NCBI GenBank assembly: GCA_050575255.1
Contig: JBNZDD010013687.1
Coordinates: forward strand, 2,261,312-2,325,311
DNA length: 64,000 nucleotides
Source: Harriotta raleighana
Lineage: Eukaryota
Direction: 5' to 3'
A program made the translations under genes and the position numbers. The notes beneath the pieces are model-generated. The model was not told the DNA's origin and made no database searches. It worked only from the letters and a program-made list of their open reading frames with translations. Of this stretch, positions 58,504 to 64,000 are shown piece by piece; position 1 is the first letter of the stretch; each line of letters begins with the position of its first letter.

Positions 58504-61500
58504 TTTAATAATTTTAACTTAAATTCGGTTACACAGCCTGCCGTTCAGTGGGTCTCAAAACATCCTGTCAAAAATAAAATTGGATTATCCCAGTACATTT
58601 CACTTCTTATTGAAGTGCACCAAGCAAAATTATGGGAGCATACTCCTGGAGAATTTCTGGTACTTTTATTCAAGTAGGAATGCCAGAGATGGATAGAAAT
58701 CTGCTACAGTTACAGTGAGTTAAATTTTCTTTTTTTAAAAAAAAGTAAAATGGTGAAATGGTGAATTTATTTGATTTATTGTCATATACACACTTCTTTT
58801 TAATGAGAGAGTTTTCCAATGTTTGAAAAAATTCCTGGGTGCGTCACTAAATGCATCATTATTTTTATGCTGACATACCAGCTTGGTACAACTGTAAGCC
58901 ATTATTGAGTTTTCCCTTAAATTAAGCTTAATGTGTGTATTTTGGCTGAAAGTCTCAAAGCATTCATCTTTCCAGCTTCTTAGAACAAGAAGATTGAACA
59001 ACTAAAGTATGATGAGCCGTCCGCACGGAACAAGATTTACGGCTATAAGTTCCTCCCAATACAAATGAAGATAATGTATGAAAATGAAAACTCAGGAAGA
59101 CTTTTTAAAAAAAATGTTGTAACAGGAGACAAGGAGCATTCAGCTTTAAGATGACAAACATGTGTGTGTAAAAAAAAATCACTGTACAGCTAGCAACATC
59201 TCTGGTGTAAAATAAAAATAACATTACAATATGAAAAAACCTGCTTCACTATAACTTGTAATACATCAAAGCGATGCTTCAGAATAGGGTCCTATAGTTG
59301 CCTTTTCTTTTCAGTATTCACTCATTTAAAAAAGAAATTACAGTTTAAACAAAGTTTAAATATTTAAAGCTTCTAGTGCCTGGTAGCTCATCTCCCAAAC
59401 AGAGCAAAGCAGCCATTTCTGCGCTGTGTCTGAGACAAGAGGTTGAGAACTGACACACAGTAAAGTGCAGGTTTTATGTACTTTAAAGCCCCGGAAGAAG
59501 CATACAAATACCAGGAGCTCTGGAGGGAATCCCACCTTGGGAATTACTTTAAAATTCCACTTTTAACGATGTATTTAAGGCATAAAGCGGTACTGCAAAG
59601 GTTTACCAATGGAGCAGCTTTGGTGAAAGCAGCAGAGGGGGAGAATGAGAATGGGGAATAAAGATGAAACTGAGCATTGAAACATCATGTTCAGTGCAGA
59701 GGCTCCGACTAGGAGTGACAAATGTTAGCTCCAATTGGGATGCTATCTACCAGATAGTACATGCTTTATAGATTTTTCTTATCTCTAAATCAGATTATAA
59801 AAACATATGGCATGTTGTTTGAATCAATATTAAAGGATAACGATTTGGTCTTCTGCTGGAGATTTCTTTCAAGACTGAGTAAAAATACATATTTTTCAAT
59901 GTGTTTAGCAATGCAGTAGTTTGAGGTATAAAACTGAAAACACCTTAAATTCCCCAAAACTTTGTATCTGCAAGATAATAAAACGGGACTTTTATTGCAT
60001 ACTTTCTGTCAATTGCGTTGGCAAAAAAATAATTGTTATAAAATCAAGAACTATGCTTCCATTAAACAAAATATGAGCACGATTGCTCCTTCCCAACCCC
60101 TTCTGTCCTCTGGAATGTTAAAAGAATCATTAAGGAAAGTGCTAGCAAAATGCATTACCTCACAAAACCTCTCTATAGAACAAGCACACGCTGATTGCAG
60201 CAGATGAGATGTATCCTCATTGCATGTAATAAATAGTGAAATTAGTATTGTCATCTCTTAACTACCAAGTAGAGAGAGCATGAGATAGCATTTTACATGA
60301 ATAAATAATAATCCTTATATTAGATCTAGCACCTTTCACTTTGAGAGGGCACCTCAAAGAGTTTTACAGGACTATGTATTTTGTAGGCTAACATTTATAA
60401 CAGGTTTGTATTGGTCTGGCATGTGGATATGGAAATGTTGGTTCTCATGATTGATGGTTGCAGCTCATGTTTATGGGGCTGCTATCACTATGGTCTATGA
60501 ATCATGTTTTGCTCTTGGAGGTAACTAGATACCCTACTACTTATAGGGTCAGGAGGGTCATAACTAGTTCCAGGGTCATAACTACATAAACTGAATTTAG
60601 AAAAGTAACACCCTCTCACTTTACCTGCATCTGACTTTCTCCACAGTGATTCTACCAAATAGGCACAATTTGCCTATTTTTATGTTTCACATTTTGGGCA
60701 ATTACACAGAATAGTCCAAAGAATATTAGATAAAATCAAACATTCAAATGTTGCAAAGTGCAAATATCCAAGCAAAGATAAACCATCACTTGTGCTAGAC
60801 CCTGGGATTTATACCAGCACCTCTTTTGCAGGAGATCCTGATCAAATGATATTGAAATTGTTCACCTTTAAGTACAATCATCATCCACACTTTGCAAAGA
60901 CCTGAGCTTTAAATTGGCCTCCACTTCAAAATAAAAATCAATTTGTTCCACGTATGTACAGCTTCCCTTCTGACATTTGACTGTTTGAGTTATTCCCTTC
61001 TGTTATGAAGAGATCATTTAGTGCCCAACTATGAAAATGTAATGTGAAAGCTCTGTTTGCTTTCCAATCTTCTCTAGAGGCTCAGGTTTGCATTTGGTTT
61101 TATAGGGGGGCTGCAGTCCTATGGCATGTTATACCCTTGAAGAATCTCGTTACAGTATATTTCTCATTCTGCAAGGGGAAAATAATGTACAAATTCACCT
61201 TCAACATCCACTAATCTCCAAAATTCCTCCAACCTGGATCCAATGAGAGAAGTAACCTCTTCTTATTACTGGTTTCATTTAATACAGGTCAATTTGAAAC
61301 CCAGGTCCTTTAACTCTTCATTCACAATGTGAAGCCAAATAGCCTCAATCTTGCCAAAGCATAGAAAGACTTATAACATCTTTATTCCCACTTTTATGCA
61401 TCAATGAAAACTCAGCTAAAAGAGCTGAATCCAAGAATCCAGTCACAACCCTCACACACTTACAATTAATTAGTCACTGAGGGAAGTGGTAACAAGTTGG

Positions 61501-63344
61501 ACATTCTGTACAGTATTTCAGTAGAGAGTGGTGTATAGCCCAAATGGAAAGGTGAACACGGTGAGGTGGAATAACAGGACAATAATGACTGGAGATAAGA
61601 GTTAAACCATAAAAAAAAGTCCAAGAATAGAAATGGACAATGGTGCACCCCATGTTTTCTTATTAATTAAAACATATTCTTCACAGCAGTGATAAAGGTC
61701 TGGATTTTTTTGATATTACAATAATCTCCATTTTAGTTCACAATAGAATGTGCCATGCACCCTGTTTCTCCCAATTACTTGTCTTGATTTTTTGGACACA
61801 TTTACATGTAAACAAAGAAAACAAAATGAAGGTGCATCTCACCAATGTTGCTGTTGAAGCAGAGCATTTAAAGATGCTATAATTCAGAAAAGTATAACTG
61901 GGGTATTTCTTGAATGTTTCAGCATTACATTGTATATTGTGAAGCAGAGAGAAATCTCTTATGTTGTGCAACACAGAGAAAACCATCAACCTAAACAATG
62001 TTGACCTTGAGATGCAGTGGAAGGGAAACTGCATTTCAATGAATCTCCCGACCAGTCATTTTCAAATGACATTTAATTCTTTTTTGTGTGTATATGGGGG
62101 TAGGGGGCAGCAGGAGGAGAAAACAAATGTCCCCACTGACATTACTGCAACTCAAACCTATTGCAATCAGTCTGTTTCAGTATTAGATTCCTAACACATT
62201 GAGTCCCGGAGACTCTAATTTTCACACACAACAGATGTTGGAATAATGGCAGTTAAGATAGATGACTAAAAGCATTTTACATTCGAAACACATACCATTA
62301 TTGCTTTGACAATACAACAATGCAGTGCAAAAACTGCGAAGATAAAGCTGAACAAATAGCTGCACACTGCACTCTCACAGATGCACTGTGAATATAAATG
62401 ACGCCAGCAACTGCAAATAATAGAACAGGCAGAGGTAACTAACTGAAATATTAGAGCCCAGTCCATAGCAAGAAAATAATTTCCTGGCTAAAATCCAACT
62501 AATACAAAACTAGCTGCTCCCAGTGATTTAATTAGACAAGTTTTCCCATTTACTTCTCTTGATTCAGCAAAGGGAAGCCAGCACCATGTATCAACCTCTT
62601 TAGCCGGATGTGGGCACAATCCTTGTAAATTGTCTGCGGTCTAAATTATGTGATCAATGTGTGTGTTACAAGGACATGCTCCTCTTAAAAGTAAAAATCC
62701 ATTCTTTCAACAGTGCATTCAAAAAAAGTACAGATCTGTGTTCGAACGTAAATTCTCCATTGTAGTCAGCCAGAATCTGTACCACACTTAAAATGCTCTG
62801 GTTTATACCAAGTAGGTATTAATCAAACTTTATTGTGGATGGCTAAAGTAACAGTGCTATATATATATATTTAGTGTATCTGCAATATATATTTTTAAAG
62901 AGCAAATGTAAGAGAGCACTTTCTATGGTGCGTTGCACTTCAACATACCGCTACAACTGTGCAGCAAAAGGTTCACTGCACTGATTGACTAAAGAGCTGC
63001 AGGTTTAGGACAGTCTTTTAATTGAAACTATTTGAAGTGTGATTTCCAGGAAACCATCAAAATCATGGACAGAATGGCTTCAATCAGTAAAACTGAATCA
63101 CCTCAGATGCAGCGATTAGGTTCCAGCGAAGGACAAATGAAGGATGCAACACACTCAGACTACAGATGAAGCAGATCTCAAAGAACAGGAGGGAGGCTAG
63201 AGTATCTGCATGTAACAAACGCACAGAGCCAGAACCACAATCCAAGCATACAGAGATCCACAGCTCCCATTGTTTGAATTAATGAAGGAAGAGACGCTGT
63301 AAATAAAAAAACGTAGATGCTGATTTTATTGGGAACAATAAGTA

Positions 63345-63570
63345 ACTTGTGAAAAGGGAGTTTCTCCCAGTGACCTGGCCAATAATCCTCCAGATAAAAT
63401 TGGTCATTCACCCCATGACTGATTTTGGCTGACATTGCTAGGTGCAAACTGGCTGCCGGGTTCGCCTACAAAATAAACAGTCACTATATTGTATAGTAAA
63501 TAAACCCTGTGAAGCACGTTGAGACATTTCAATCACGTAATAGGGAGCTTTATGAAATGCAAGATAATTT
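63345..63570 (+). mobile_element. DeuSINE 3' body and tail
   Basis: gggagtttctcccagtgacctggccaa...gtgcaaactggctgcc...ctgtgaagcacgttgagac...aaatgcaagataat. Confidence 0.65.
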
Positions 63571-64000
63571 ACCGATAGTGAAAAGCATGATGCCCTAAAT
63601 GTGATCAAGTTTGCTTCTCAATTACACTGGTTATGAATATTTTCTTTTAAAATCTCAATGATCAAAAAATAGGGAGAATTAACAAGAACATGCTCAGAAT
63701 GCAGTGCAATTCCTTTCATGTACCTTAAAAGGAGACCAGCTGGTGTAATATTAGATGTTCCACTAATGTATTCCGTGTGGGGAGGAACAGAAAGGTAATG
63801 GTGCTCCATGCACTGAAGGTTTATTTTCCTGGAATGAATTCACAATAATGTACAACATAAAACGCTCATTTTATTTTCCTATTTCTGGGGTTGACAGATT
63901 GTTAAGACTTGCAGTTGCTCTGATAAGGATTAAATATTTGACAGATTGGCTAACACAAACTCTCAAAGCTATAATGAGGGATCCACTGAGAAAAGCTCCA

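Larger units (their letters stand above)
49272..64000 (-). other. NOVA1: NOVA1 intron preceding the terminal exon (partial; runs off the window)
   Basis: Lies upstream of the acceptor. I could not find KH1-coding sequence or the short Ser/Thr/Pro-rich alternative exon (TLPSSPTTTKSSPSDPMTTSRANQ-like) in it. Confidence 0.75.

Overview
AT-rich vertebrate genomic DNA. The repeat content (tRNA-head SINEs with a Deu-type core and L2-like tail, L2, CR1, LF-SINE-like relics) suggests a cartilaginous fish, possibly a chimaera; this species assignment is an inference. The only supportable protein-coding sequence is the terminal coding exon of NOVA1 (KH2-linker-KH3, minus strand, 48264-49271). It is followed by a long, repeat-free 3' UTR rich in miRNA and RBP motifs (at least 46250-48263, possibly extending to about 43.1 kb). 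Positions 49272-64000 are the preceding intron, and I found no upstream exon in the window. Positions 1-43000 are a gene-free downstream region full of retroposon fragments, with one Tigger-like MITE, a strong CTCF motif, RFX boxes and a CpG-enriched domain (about 37.3-42.5 kb). The most notable oddities are two locally templated duplications about 1.2 kb from their partner copies, a perfect 94-bp inverted repeat, two sized N-runs in the most conserved part of the UTR, and LF-SINE-like relics. I found no convincing new multi-gene system. Most short ORFs in the track are noise. Repeat boundaries are approximate and family names come from recalled consensus features, not from a search.
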